Shown here: in pieces, positions 1-10,823 of the stretch
Layout: each line of letters begins with the position of its first letter
Numbering within the stretch: position 1 is the stretch's first letter
Assembly (NCBI GenBank): GCA_050084515.1
Contig: CM114271.1
Span: forward strand, 10,416,001 to 10,480,000
Length of the DNA: 64,000 bases
Direction: 5' to 3'
Origin: Blasia pusilla
Lineage: Eukaryota
Notes under the pieces: model-generated
Told to the model about the DNA's origin: nothing
What the model saw: only the letters and a program-made list of their open reading frames with translations
Databases searched by the model: none
Translations under genes and position numbers: made by a program

Positions 1-1750
1 GCCTCTTTTCCTTGTAAGTCAAGCTTTTGTCCAAACACTTGGCAAAGCTCTTCATCTTCTTCTTCTGTGATGTCAGTATCCAAAGCTCTCACCATCACCA
101 TATCTGCAGTCATCTGCCTCTTCCTTTTGATCACATCTATGATCAACTCATGAAAGTCACGTTTGGCTATGCCCAAGACTTCCCTCAAAGAAAACTCTAT
201 TTTCGCATCCAAAATCCTCTCCTCAAGAATCTCCTTTAAATTCGTGCTTGTCTCGATATCAGACTGCAGCTTGTATGTAGGAGTTTTACCCTTGGTCTTC
301 TGAGGAGACCTCAATTCGTTCTCCTTTGTCCCTCCTTCTTTGACATGAGAATCCCTCACAGATTCAAATATGGAAGGTCCTTCTTCTCTTGATGGCTGCG
401 CCTCCGGTTGTCCTTTTCTTCTTAAGATCCTTGCTCTTCTTGCGGCTTCCTCAGCATCAACACCATCATTGTCGCGTCTCCTCTTCTCCTCCACACTAGC
501 ATCTTGCCAACTCACATGTTTCTCTTGTGCTAGGTATGCTTTAACACACCCAGCTTCCACTGGATCATCCCATCCAGTCAGATGACGGATAGTCTCTGCC
601 CCTCGTATCATAACTTCTCGAGGAAATTCTAATGATTCACTTTTAGCTCTGAGATACAATAGGCGCTTCAATTTTCTTTGCAAAGGTGTCGAGAATCTAA
701 TGTCGAGTGGCAACTCCTACTTGACTTCTCACTAATCCTTTCATACCTCCTCTACCAAAGTTGGTATTCAACGGCATACCGGTCTGCGTCGAATGAATCT
801 TCCCATCTTTGAAGTTTACTATTCCATTTCTAAGAGCTTTGAAAATTCCTCACATTCTCGGCGTTGATGCTCAACACTATCACACCATATACATCTTCTC
901 ACAAAGTTCTTACTTGTTGAAGGAGCACCAACACTAGGATTCCTATCAAGTTTAAGCTCAGCCATTTCTACTCTCAACTCTCTCAAACCTTTCACCAACT
1001 CATCAATGGTAGAATCTTCAAGCTTTGCTGGCATGGGCTTAGGCAATGGATTTGAAATTGGTCCTCCGACTTGAATACTGTGGTTCTACCTCTACTTCGA
1101 CTTTGCTTTGTGAGGATAGCAACAGCTTCTTCCACTTTCTTCCAATTATTGCTGACACCTCCTTCTTCATTCTTGTCCGCCAACATTATGAAAAGCTTGT
1201 CCTCCAAATTCTCATCTGCCACCTCAAGGAATAACTCGGTTTTCCTCAAGTCTAGAGTTGCCCTTTCAGAAGGAGAAAGCTGAAAAAACCGCTTCTCAAA
1301 CTCACGCAACAACTCATTTGGAGTCATTCCCTTCCCTGGACGTTGCTCTATCCATTCTAGAAAACTCCTCTTAGTCATCCAATCCACATCATCATCGAAG
1401 AATTCTCCTTTCAAAGAATCGTCGTACTCCTCCCATGAGGTTGGATTTTCTGCTCTCAACTTCTTTACTTGACTACGGATCTCTGGTATTATAGCTAACT
1501 CAAAACTTGACACCATATCACCTTCGGGTACACGATTTACCTCCATCTCACAGACGTACTCTCGAACATACTTGGTGATGTTCCTGCCATCAAATCTCCC
1601 CAACTTCTTCACAATCGCTTGGAGAGCCCTTGTTGATCTTTGCTCTCCGATGTGAACTCCTCCTTGTTGGCTCAACAATGTTGTCAAAGTTCGGAGAAGA
1701 TCCTCAGCTCCCTCAGTTCCCATTGATGAAGTACTCCCAAAATTAGTCAT
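1..1750 (-). pseudogene. gag: gag (frameshifted) and downstream pre-protease region
   Basis: GRFDGRNITKYVREY gag-type motif and CX2CX4HX4C knuckle. Coding-like frames continue to base 1 (YKLQSDIE...LREVLGIAKRDFHELIIDVIKRKRQ) with stops and frameshifts. Confidence 0.8.
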
Positions 1751-1796
1751 CTTGATAAGACTCCAACTTGCAAACACAAACTACCGCCTCAAAGAG

Positions 1797-1814
1797 CTCT
1801 CACTGGAAGCACCA
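1797..1814 (-). promoter_or_regulatory. Primer binding site, tRNA-Thr(AGU)-like
   Basis: Minus strand reads TGGTGCTTCCAGTGAGAG, 3 nt after the LTR end. It resembles the complement of the plant tRNA-Thr(AGU) 3' end as recalled. Confidence 0.6.
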
Positions 1815-1817
1815 TTT

Positions 1818-3092
1818 TGTCGTGTCGAGAATCTTTCTTCGAGCAAGGGCGGGCCTTCTAGCTGCGGTAGATGCGGTCGATGCAAGGTGAACTCTCTAAT
1901 AAGTTCTCCTTTTTCAATACAAAATTATGATGTACACTCTCCATTCTCTCACGACAAGTATCACGAATGGAAGTGTCGAGGCGATCACTTCTTCGTAACA
2001 TCGGACCCCGAAATTCCTAACTATAAAATCCCTATAAACTATTTTACGTTTGTACACGAGGAAGATAGCACCACTAGTGTTAAACCCTACTTGAGCAGGC
2101 CTATTGACATCCATGGATCGCTATATAAGGACATACAAAGTACAATCCCATGTCCTTCCATATGTGACGATAGGAAGAATCAGGAGTTGGAGATTGCATG
2201 ACCTGGTTCATGAACGCCTCCCCAAAGTGATAAACTAAATAGCGAGTGAACCAGTGCCTATCTACAAAGAGTACCTTGACATGGTAAGGATTGAGGAAAG
2301 GAAAGTCGGGCACAGCTCGTGCTCCACCCCTATCCATGCTTGACAGACATTCTCTACTCTCCTCAAGAATGGGTTTTGGCGGAGTTATTCTCCCAAGAGG
2401 GGTAATCCACTCTCATTGGGAAAGTAACAAGCCAAAACATCCGCTATTTTAGTATGACTAAACTCTTCTACGGTGACAAACCTCTCATCCCCCCCACACA
2501 CACGCACCACACTCTAGAAACTTCTCGAAGAATAGACCATGATCAAGTTACTCTCCCAAGAGGGGTGATCCACTCTCATTGGAAGAGCAAGCAATCCCAA
2601 AGCCATACACTCAAGAGAGACACGAGAGACTCAAGATGTGGAATAGAAGGTAATGAACCCTTGAAGGTCCCTCCTCTTTATATACTCACAAGGGATCCAC
2701 AAGAGTACGAAATAGAGCTTATCTTATCTTGTGCCACATGGCTTCCTCTCAAGGCTTAGCCAATCACATTTTGACACAAGTAGATTTCCTCTTATCTCTT
2801 CCAAAATATCCTCTTTTACCCACATGATATTTTCCAAATTACCCCAACTAACCTAGCCACCAACCAAGACTACTTTTGCTTTTCATTAAAGCAACTACTT
2901 TACTTTTATAAAGTCCATCTTTTATGTATTACCTCCTTTTCCTAAAGTTGGGCCCGCATAAAAGAAGCACCATAAAGAGGTTTAAACATAAGAATCTCCT
3001 TTTTCTAAGCCAATTTACTTAATACTAATGAAACTCTATCTAACACTTAATGACGAAGGAGTTTACACACTGATTGATTTTACTATACGACA
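1818..3092 (-). repeat. 5' LTR (~1.27 kb)
   Basis: 6-bp inverted termini TGTCGT/ACGACA. Adjacent PBS. Right boundary interrupts an older RNase H coding sequence. Internal ~40-bp direct repeat at ~2390 and ~2553. Confidence 0.7.
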
Positions 3093-4660
3093 GCGGGTCG
3101 TCTTGTTTCTTATGAGTCTGCCAAGTTAGAGAAAAATTAGCCCACTCGAGAGCGGGAGATGTATGCGGTGATTGGTTGCCTCAAGAAGTGGGAAGTATAT
3201 CTATATTATTATGGGAGAGCGCCTTCTTGATTTGCAAACATCTCTCTTCTTGACATGTGGCAATTGGGCAGCAAGAAAATGTTTCACATGCTACGCGCAG
3301 CAAGAAAAAATTTGAATGTATGTGCAGCATCATTAATCTTTTCCCTTCACAGGCTATACACTAGCTCTTCAAACAATTTTTTATATTAATATGGGAGAGT
3401 GCCTTCTTGATTTGCAAACACCTCTCTACTTGACATATGGCAACTAAGCAGCAAGAAAATATTTCACATGCTACGGGCAGCAAGAAAAAAATTTGAATTT
3501 ATATGTAGCATCATTAATCTCTTCCCTTCAAGGGCTATACACTAGCTCTTTAAACAATTTTTTATTTCTCATGCATCACACGGGCACCTTACGAGTTTTT
3601 TTATATAGTCAACACTTCAAGGCTTACATTGACAATATCACTTGCAAGTATTTTGCAAGTCAAGAGAAGTTACCACCAAAACAACTCTATTGGAAAGAAT
3701 ACCTAGTGAGATTTGACATGAAAATCATCTATTAGCCAAGCCAAGCCAAGAGAATCTGGTAGGCAGGAGCAATACTTGACAAGAACTTGGGTCTTAGAAA
3801 TCGATTGGAAAAACTTGGCAAAAGTGGCTTACCAACATAATGAAATTGCCCTAGGATGGTTAGAGGCCCTAGAGAAGGGGGCAAGTATGAGGCACATTAC
3901 ACTTGGGATGGTGTTTTGAAATGGAACCAACAAAGGATATTTAAGAGTTTAAAAACCAAGGTTCTCAAGGTTCATCATGTTGCACTTTGGATGGGAAATT
4001 CAGGTAGCGATTTGGAGATTCTTAAGAAATATTTTTACTAGCCATCTCAAGACAAGGATACCATCAAGTATGTCCCATCATGTTTGGTTTGTCAAAAGAA
4101 CCAAATAGACCATGGCACGACGCCATGGCTTTTTCAACCTTTTCCGATATCGAACGGACCATGGGAAAATGTTGCAATGGATTTCATTATGGGGTTACTT
4201 GAGTCCGAAAGGTTTTAATTAATATTTGATCATAATGATGGTAGATCGATTTTCAAAGATGGAAGTTTCATTCTAACTTGAAATATAGTTACAACGTTGG
4301 AGGTAGCTCATCTTTGGTTTTACAATGTTTTCAAACTTTGAGGTTTACCAAGTAAGTTAGTATCCGATCGAACCACCAAGTTTGTCTCGAGGTTTTGGAC
4401 ATATATGTTTAAGACACTAGAAGTGGATCTACTCCTAACTTTGGGTTATCACTTTAACACGACATATCAAGCAAAACGTGTAAACTTGGCGCTCAAGGAG
4501 TATCTATGAAACTATGTTTCAATAGATCAAACATATTGGGCAAATCATTTGCCTATAGTCAAGTTTAAGTGTAAGAACTTCAAGCATTTGGTGACACGAT
4601 ACATGCTGTTTCAATTGGGAGTGGGGTTCAATCTTAGAATCCCAACTTGTTTCCAACAAC
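3093..4660 (+). pseudogene. Highly decayed gypsy pol (RNase H-integrase) relic
   Basis: GRLVSYES...PTREREMYAVIGCLKKW; CLVCQKN (integrase Zn); GPWENVAMDFI, VDRFSK and VSDRTTKF. Many stops. Confidence 0.8.
3200..3595 (+). mobile_element. Small non-autonomous Helitron with an internal ~180-bp tandem duplication
   Basis: Starts A|TCTATATTATT. Ends with a degenerate hairpin (CTCATGCATCACACGGG) then ACCTTACGAG|T (CTAG-like). No TSD. Interrupts RNase H coding sequence. Confidence 0.65.
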
Positions 4661-4849
4661 CGAAGGTCAAACGGAGTGAGAGCAAAGTGCCTTGTTCAGA
4701 GGGGCCAAATAGTGCTCATCCGACGGTTGGAGATGGCACTCGTCCAACGTTTGGACACCTAGACGGGCCCATGGGGATGGAAAAAAAATTGGGGACGTAA
4801 GTTCCCCAAGAGGGAATCTACTTGGAACCTACATGTAGAGCCGTAAAAA

Positions 4850-4861
4850 TTAGGGTTAGGG
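4850..4861 (+). promoter_or_regulatory. Telo-box-like element (TTAGGG)2 upstream of the DTW gene
   Basis: TTAGGGTTAGGG about 310 bp before the ATG. Telo-boxes are typical of plant translation-machinery promoters. Confidence 0.4.
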
Positions 4862-5169
4862 TCGGAATTAGAAGGGAGAACAATGGTGCACTCATCGCAC
4901 GTACGCTACCTCCTAAGCATTCGAGCTAGTAGCTGTGACCAGAGGTCGGCGAGTGGTGACTTTATGCACACCCAGTGAGTGAAAGCCCATCCCTTCATGA
5001 CTGGTACCCGCGACAGGGCGCTTTTGTCTCACAGCACCGTGGATTTATTATTTGAGTTTCCCTCTTTCAAGCATTTACAAGGACCCCGGAATTACATCTA
5101 CGCTTGGGTAAGGAGTTTGTCTAAACATTGTAACCTCGGCTGGTTCGAAAACCTAAAGAGATCCGGATC

Positions 5170-6150
5170 ATGAGGCCTGTTTGCGCTTCCTGTCATCGTC
5201 CTCAAACGGTATGCTTGTGTTCCGTGCTTCCCGCACAGCCTATCAAGACCACAACAAAAGTCATCATTCTTCAGCATCCCCATGAAACTCGACACAAGCT
5301 GACGACAGTGCCGATCCTTTCCCTCTGCCTCGCCAATTGTGACATTATCGTGGGCAGACGAATCAGATCAGGAACGTGCCAGCTCCTCGATGAGTTTGCT
5401 TCCTCTGCCGATTCTTCTGTCTCTTCAGCGTCGACCAGCTCGGTGCAAGGCCCTGTTGTTCAGGAAACTGCGCGAACCGGACCGTGTAGGTCAAAAAACT
5501 CGGTACTATTTCTTTTCCCGTCTCCGAGTGCAATCGACTTACAGGGGTGGTTGTCATCCTCCCAAAATTCTCCGTCCTCCTTTGATGCTAGTACGCAGCC
5601 CGTCTGTGTTCTCGACAACCCGGTATCTGAAACATCTTCCTCGGGAGACTGTGTGGAAAGCGAAGCATCAGCATTGACGCAGCTTTCGCGATTTATCCCA
5701 TCACTATATGGTAGCTCGTGCACAGAAGTCATTAGCGAGGCACACGAACCGATTGCGCCTAAAGAACAGCGTGCGGCAGCATTAGTACACCGGCCTGTTA
5801 TCTTACTGATCGTCGATGGTACATGGCAGCACGCCAAAGAGATGATGAAGGCGAGCTTACCCTTTCTCAGCGATTTCGCAGTGCAGGTGTGTTTACCTCA
5901 CGACATCACGAGAGCAGGATGGGGGATTGGTGATACAGATTCGATTTTGAGGAAAGAACCGTTCGCTGGCTGTGTCAGCACGATGGAAGCAGTAGCTCGC
6001 TGCTTGGCAATTTTGGAGCCGGATGGTATCGAGATCGAAAAGACCCTGCTTGCCGTCTTACGTCACATGGTATCTCTGCAATCGACCCACATCGCGCCTC
6101 TTAAACCGCGGCCGCATACCAACAATGAAAAGACGAGTAAGCTAGCGTAA
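5170..6150 (+). CDS. DTWD2: DTW-domain protein (tRNA-uridine aminocarboxypropyltransferase, DTWD2-like), intronless CDS
   Basis: CxxCxRPxxxCLC N-terminus, IILQHPHE, LFPS, DGTWQHAKEM, RKEP..CVSTMEAVARCL. Uninterrupted 326-aa ORF. Confidence 0.92.
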   Translation: MRPVCASCHRPQTVCLCSVLPAQPIKTTTKVIILQHPHETRHKLTTVPILSLCLANCDIIVGRRIRSGTCQLLDEFASSADSSVSSASTSSVQGPVVQETARTGPCRSKNSVLFLFPSPSAIDLQGWLSSSQNSPSSFDASTQPVCVLDNPVSETSSSGDCVESEASALTQLSRFIPSLYGSSCTEVISEAHEPIAPKEQRAAALVHRPVILLIVDGTWQHAKEMMKASLPFLSDFAVQVCLPHDITRAGWGIGDTDSILRKEPFAGCVSTMEAVARCLAILEPDGIEIEKTLLAVLRHMVSLQSTHIAPLKPRPHTNNEKTSKLA

Positions 6151-8520
6151 CTCCCGATTTGCCACCAGAACACTCCTGGGAAATGATATGGATCAATTCC
6201 AGGGGAAAAACTGCTTACGTCTCCAGGCGAGTACGAATCGGCCTCGACATCCTCAGCAGTTACAGACGTGTTTTCATGGACCGATGAGAATCTTAGATAT
6301 GTCCTGATTCGTTGCCACTTGCTGGCTGTTTTCAATGGCAATCAACGGTGGTGCACAACGACGGGTTCGGATTGGAACAAAGCCCTTCGCGCCGGCGGAC
6401 CGAATCGCCTGTTAAGGTTCATCGAAGCTCTTTCGCTGCATGTAAGCAAAGTGGTTTGCTGATCCAGTCCGCATTCCCGTTCGCGTTGTATCTGCGGATC
6501 GCAAGGGGGGTCTCCTTCATGTACTGGAAGGATCCAAAGTGCATGAGAAGCCGCGCGACATCATTACACTATGCAGGACAAGTCTGTGGTCCGAGCGCGC
6601 TCATGAAAATGCAAGTATGCGGCTCGATCAGTAAGGTTATGTGCGTTTTCTTGGTATTACAGAAGTTGGGTGTCGTTTCTTTACAAAGACGAGGTATGCG
6701 GAGAATATCTTGTGAAATGACAATTTAAATTTGCACGATGCAGATTTTAATGGAAGGTCTTCTAGCCTGTTCGGCAACTTAAGATGGATAAACTTGTGAC
6801 AGGGAACCAAAAAATTGCATGCTGAATGTGAAACCTTCGCATTTGGTGACAAGAAGTCAGTCAGGTCGTGGCCAGTAATAGCCTTCAGATTGTGGATGTG
6901 GAAGTTATCCACAGGAAACTGTGACCTCCGAACCCGGAAACTAACGATTTAGTATGATTATGATTACGAATGGCAGTCATTTGATGGATGTAGAATATGC
7001 TGTAACTGAATAATATGTGCAACCAGAATCTGCTCCAACTGAACAATGTGTGCAACCAGATCTGTATCACTAGGAGATGGGCTTGCTATGTATCCGCTAA
7101 AAGATTCTGCTGCGGAGTAGATAGACTTTTAGCTCAATTATCTGTACAATATGAGCATTTTCATCCTCAACTATAGACAGCATGTGTTTATTGACAATAT
7201 CGAGCTTGTTATGTGACTCGTCAATTTGATCACAAATTGCCTCTGTTTCCCACCGCTCTCTCACGTAACAAGAATGCGGCCCTGGTGCTACCGAATGAAT
7301 GAACCATGATATATTTCCAAAATGTGAGATACATGACGTGAAATGGCGGGAAGATGCGGTAAAAAGGTACTAGACTATGAGGTAAGAAAATTTTGTATTC
7401 CATGGTAAGTTGCGAATTTACCGACTTGGTAGCCAATAGCGGAAAGTAAAGGGCGGAGTGACATGTAGATGATGCTTTACTCGAATGTTCCTCCCTCTAG
7501 GTGGCTAACTCTATAGCTGGCTTAGACTAGCAATGTGAAAAAAATTTGGCTCACACCAAGAGTGATGGTCTTCTTATGTCTACTTGTTTTTCCAAGCCTG
7601 GAAAACAAGATTAGTTTATGCGCCAATCTGGTCTACTTGCTACTTTCTTTTCAAGATTTTTTTGTATTTGAAAGCTAAAAAAATATACACAAATGTCAAA
7701 AAATTTTGAAGAGAGGAGGTGGATTCTAAGAGAGACTCTCCTCTCTTCCTCTCCTCTCTTACTCTCTCTTGTCAGAATACCAGCCCCCACAAGTTGTATG
7801 CGAATATGGTAAAGAGTGAGTTCAGGTTGACCAAGATCAAGTTCTTGGATCATGTGATTAGCGCATATGGAGTGAGCCCAAAAATGGAGAACGTGAAAGC
7901 AATTTTTGAATGGGAACCCCCTTCCACCGCAAAGGGGATGAGGAGGTTCATCAGAGCGATCCAATTCTACCCAACTTAGGTGAAGAATTTTTCGAGAATA
8001 GTGAAACCTCTCACGGATTGGACCTCAAAGTTTGCCAATACTACATGGAACCAAGAGGTGGATGAGGGGTGCAACCGAGTCAAGGAGATACTATCACATC
8101 AACCAGTTCTAAAGCTCCCAGAGTTTGACAAACCGTGCAAGGTGCACACTGATGTTAGTGATTTTGCGATTGAAAGAATGCTGGTATAAACTGGGAGACT
8201 TGTAGGATACAAGAGCAAGAATCTTAACGACACCGAAACAAGATGGCCCACTCATGAGAAATAGTTGTTCGTGGTGGTTCATTGTTTGAGGAAGTGGCGT
8301 CACTGTGTGGGACTTCACAAGACTCGAGTATTCACCGATAACATTTTGCTCAAGTATTTTGAGATCCAGGATTGTGTAACACCGAAGCAACTCTGATGGC
8401 ATGATATCTTGGCGTTGATGAATGTGGAGCTAATCCCCAAGCCAGGGAAGGATAATGTCATTCTAGATGCGTTGAGTCACAGGGATGAACATATGTCATC
8501 GATGACACAAGTTCTCTAAG

Positions 8521-9476
8521 TGTCGCGACCCTCATAACCAAACAAGCGCCAAGTGGAACATCCGAACTCTAGCGAGCTCACGTTAGGATGGTTTGCGCTT
8601 TGGGAGTTAAGGAAACACAAGGGCGTGACGCGAGCGAGGCGAGCGTTTTGATTGTTTCAAGTGTTGTGGTTGTGACCAGGAAACCGGAACCAAACGCGGT
8701 ACTCAGACTTGAGAGAAGTCAAGTCTTGGACGAGACGCGGCCAAGGGGTGAAAATCGGACTTGAGACGCAGGCAGCTTTTGGGAGTTTCCAACTGTACTT
8801 TTGACCATAACTTTGAGTCCCAAGAAGCATTTGGAACAAATAAGGTAGCGTTGGAAAGCTTATGTCAAGTCAGTTTCAACGCACTAAAGATCTTTGCAAA
8901 CTCTCATGCAGAGGTTGAGATATGGGCCAAACCAACTGTAAGAGAAGTCGGGTTGAGGGCCAAAACGAGGGGCCCGGGTGGTCTTTCCCAAAGGTAGGGG
9001 GACCCCGGAGTTTCCTAGAAGTACTAGTAAGGGGGAAGGTCTCCAAGAGTGCTTGGGACTCGAACTCCACTTTGGGCGCCGCGGGGCGACCCAAGGGCAC
9101 AGAACGGATCGTGAGTTTGGTGTTGGGCTTCAAACACCAAACCAAGTTCAATAGAGGGATTTCGGAGATCCCTATTGGATTCCAACTTGCGACTCATAGT
9201 GTTGAGTCTCGGTTAGGGGCTCATGCAAGGTCCGTTGGACAGTTGGGACCGCTAGGGACCCAAACGTCGTTTGAGATGCCTGGACTAACCAGAAAGTCAG
9301 ACCCAAGTCTCGGAAGGCTTGCCCGTGTAGGGAACCTAGGAATGAGGGAAGGTTGAGATTGATGAGATGCCGAGTTGAGGACTCGGTGGGTTGGAAGGCT
9401 GCTTGAACCAAAGTCACACTAATGTGAGTGCATTTCAAGACTAAGATTGACGTTCAAGGAGAGTAGGCGCACGACA
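8521..9476 (+). repeat. 5' LTR of element A
   Basis: TGTCGCGACCCTC...GGCGCACGACA, followed by PBS. Its 3' part recurs at 25651-25877. Confidence 0.9.
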
Positions 9477-9478
9477 TG

Positions 9479-9490
9479 TGGTATTAGAGC
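9479..9490 (+). promoter_or_regulatory. PBS (initiator tRNA-Met)
   Basis: TGGTATTAGAGC, one mismatch to canonical TGGTATCAGAGC, 2 nt after the LTR. Confidence 0.88.
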
Positions 9491-9620
9491 TAATCCTTGG
9501 TGAGCGAGAACTTGGGGTTGTGGGAGTAACTGGACGCTTGGGGAAAACCCGAGGTAGCGGCGAGACCTAGACGCTCGAGGAGGGACGCAAGAAACAAGGA
9601 GGAGATGTGAGTGTGGCGGC

Positions 9621-10823
9621 TTGAAGATGGCAACCGAGGGAGATGAACCATGGAAACGCCAAGCCAAGCGATGCGAACCACGGGACGAACCGATGCCGGA
9701 TCGGGAGCCGGTAGAGGAAACGCCGACTCTCGAAATGCCGAGTATCATACATGAGGGTGTCCCAAACGTAGACCCTCCTGCGGAGCCAATGGCCCCGAAC
9801 TCAAGTGAACCGGCCTTCTACGCCCAGATGTTGGATTAAATGAAGATGATGATGGAACAAGTTCCCATGCAAAACAAGCAGATCGCAGAGCTTGAGTCGG
9901 ATAGAGCTTCGAGTTCTAGCAAAAAGCTCTGCAAGACAAACGTGCCAACGCCATTCACCGAAGTGGGGCACGCTTGCAAGGTGAAAGATTTCCTTACGAA
10001 GATGGAATACTACTTTGAGGCGTAGAGGGCAGCAGAACAAGATAAGGTGGCACTGGCGGTCACCTTTCTAAAGGATCATGTGCTACAGTGGTGGACTCCG
10101 CAACGGGAAGAATATCTGGCTAGCGGTTCACCTCTGAGTTGGGAGGATTTCAAGACGCTGATTGGTGACCGATTCACCCCGGAGTACCAAGAGATTCGCG
10201 ATAGAGTAGAGCTCGTGTGACTACGGCAGACGGGGCCCTTAAGCGCTTATGTGAGGGAGTTCAACGCAAAGTTAAACTCCATTCTTAAGATGGATGAGGC
10301 ATCGCAGATAGCAATCTTCATTGGTGGACTCAAACCAAGCGTAGAGAAGGCCCTGTACAGAATGCTAGAGTTTCCAAACACCTGCGTGGAGCTTTTGAGG
10401 CAGGCGGAGCGGATTGGGGACGATGAGGTCCAAACACCGAAGCCCTTTGAGACAAAAACTTTTTCCAAAATTTTGAAAAACAAAGGGGCATCCAAGAGGG
10501 TATAGAGTGGGGTTGAGCGGGACCAAGGAGAGTCTCTCAACCCAATAGCAAAGCGAAAGGAACGCCTTGCTAAGCCGAAGGGAGCACTACATCCGAAGTC
10601 AGGAAACGGCAAGGTGGTATGCTACAACTCTCGCGAACTTGGGCACATGGCGAAAGGATGCTCCAAACACAAGGTTAGTAATGAGAGTATGATTGCATTA
10701 GCTGCTAAGCACTTCTCGGCGGGAGGTTTGGAGACCTCCCTTCAAGTCACCAAGAGGACTCCCAACTTGGTGTACCTAAGATCCAAAATTGTTGATCGCA
10801 ATGTGATGTTGCTCTTGGATACA
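9621..10823 (+). pseudogene. gag: gag plus start of aspartic protease of element A
   Basis: VTFLKDH..QWW and FIGGLK gag motifs, degenerate knuckle CYNSRELGHMAKGC, LLDT protease motif cut by element B. Confidence 0.85.

Larger units (their letters stand above)
1..3092 (-). mobile_element. Ty3/gypsy LTR retrotransposon, 5' part (5' LTR, PBS, gag); continues off the left edge
   Basis: LTR 1818-3092 with TGTCGT...ACGACA inverted termini. PBS 3 nt inside. Gag ORFs 992-1777 and 819-1046 with CIWCDSVEHQRREC zinc knuckle. Confidence 0.85.

Noticed and set aside
7708-7748. 11-bp inverted repeat GAAGAGAGGAG/CTCCTCTCTTC as a MITE or miRNA hairpin
   Set aside because: Low-complexity purine/pyrimidine tracts, too short, no TSD.
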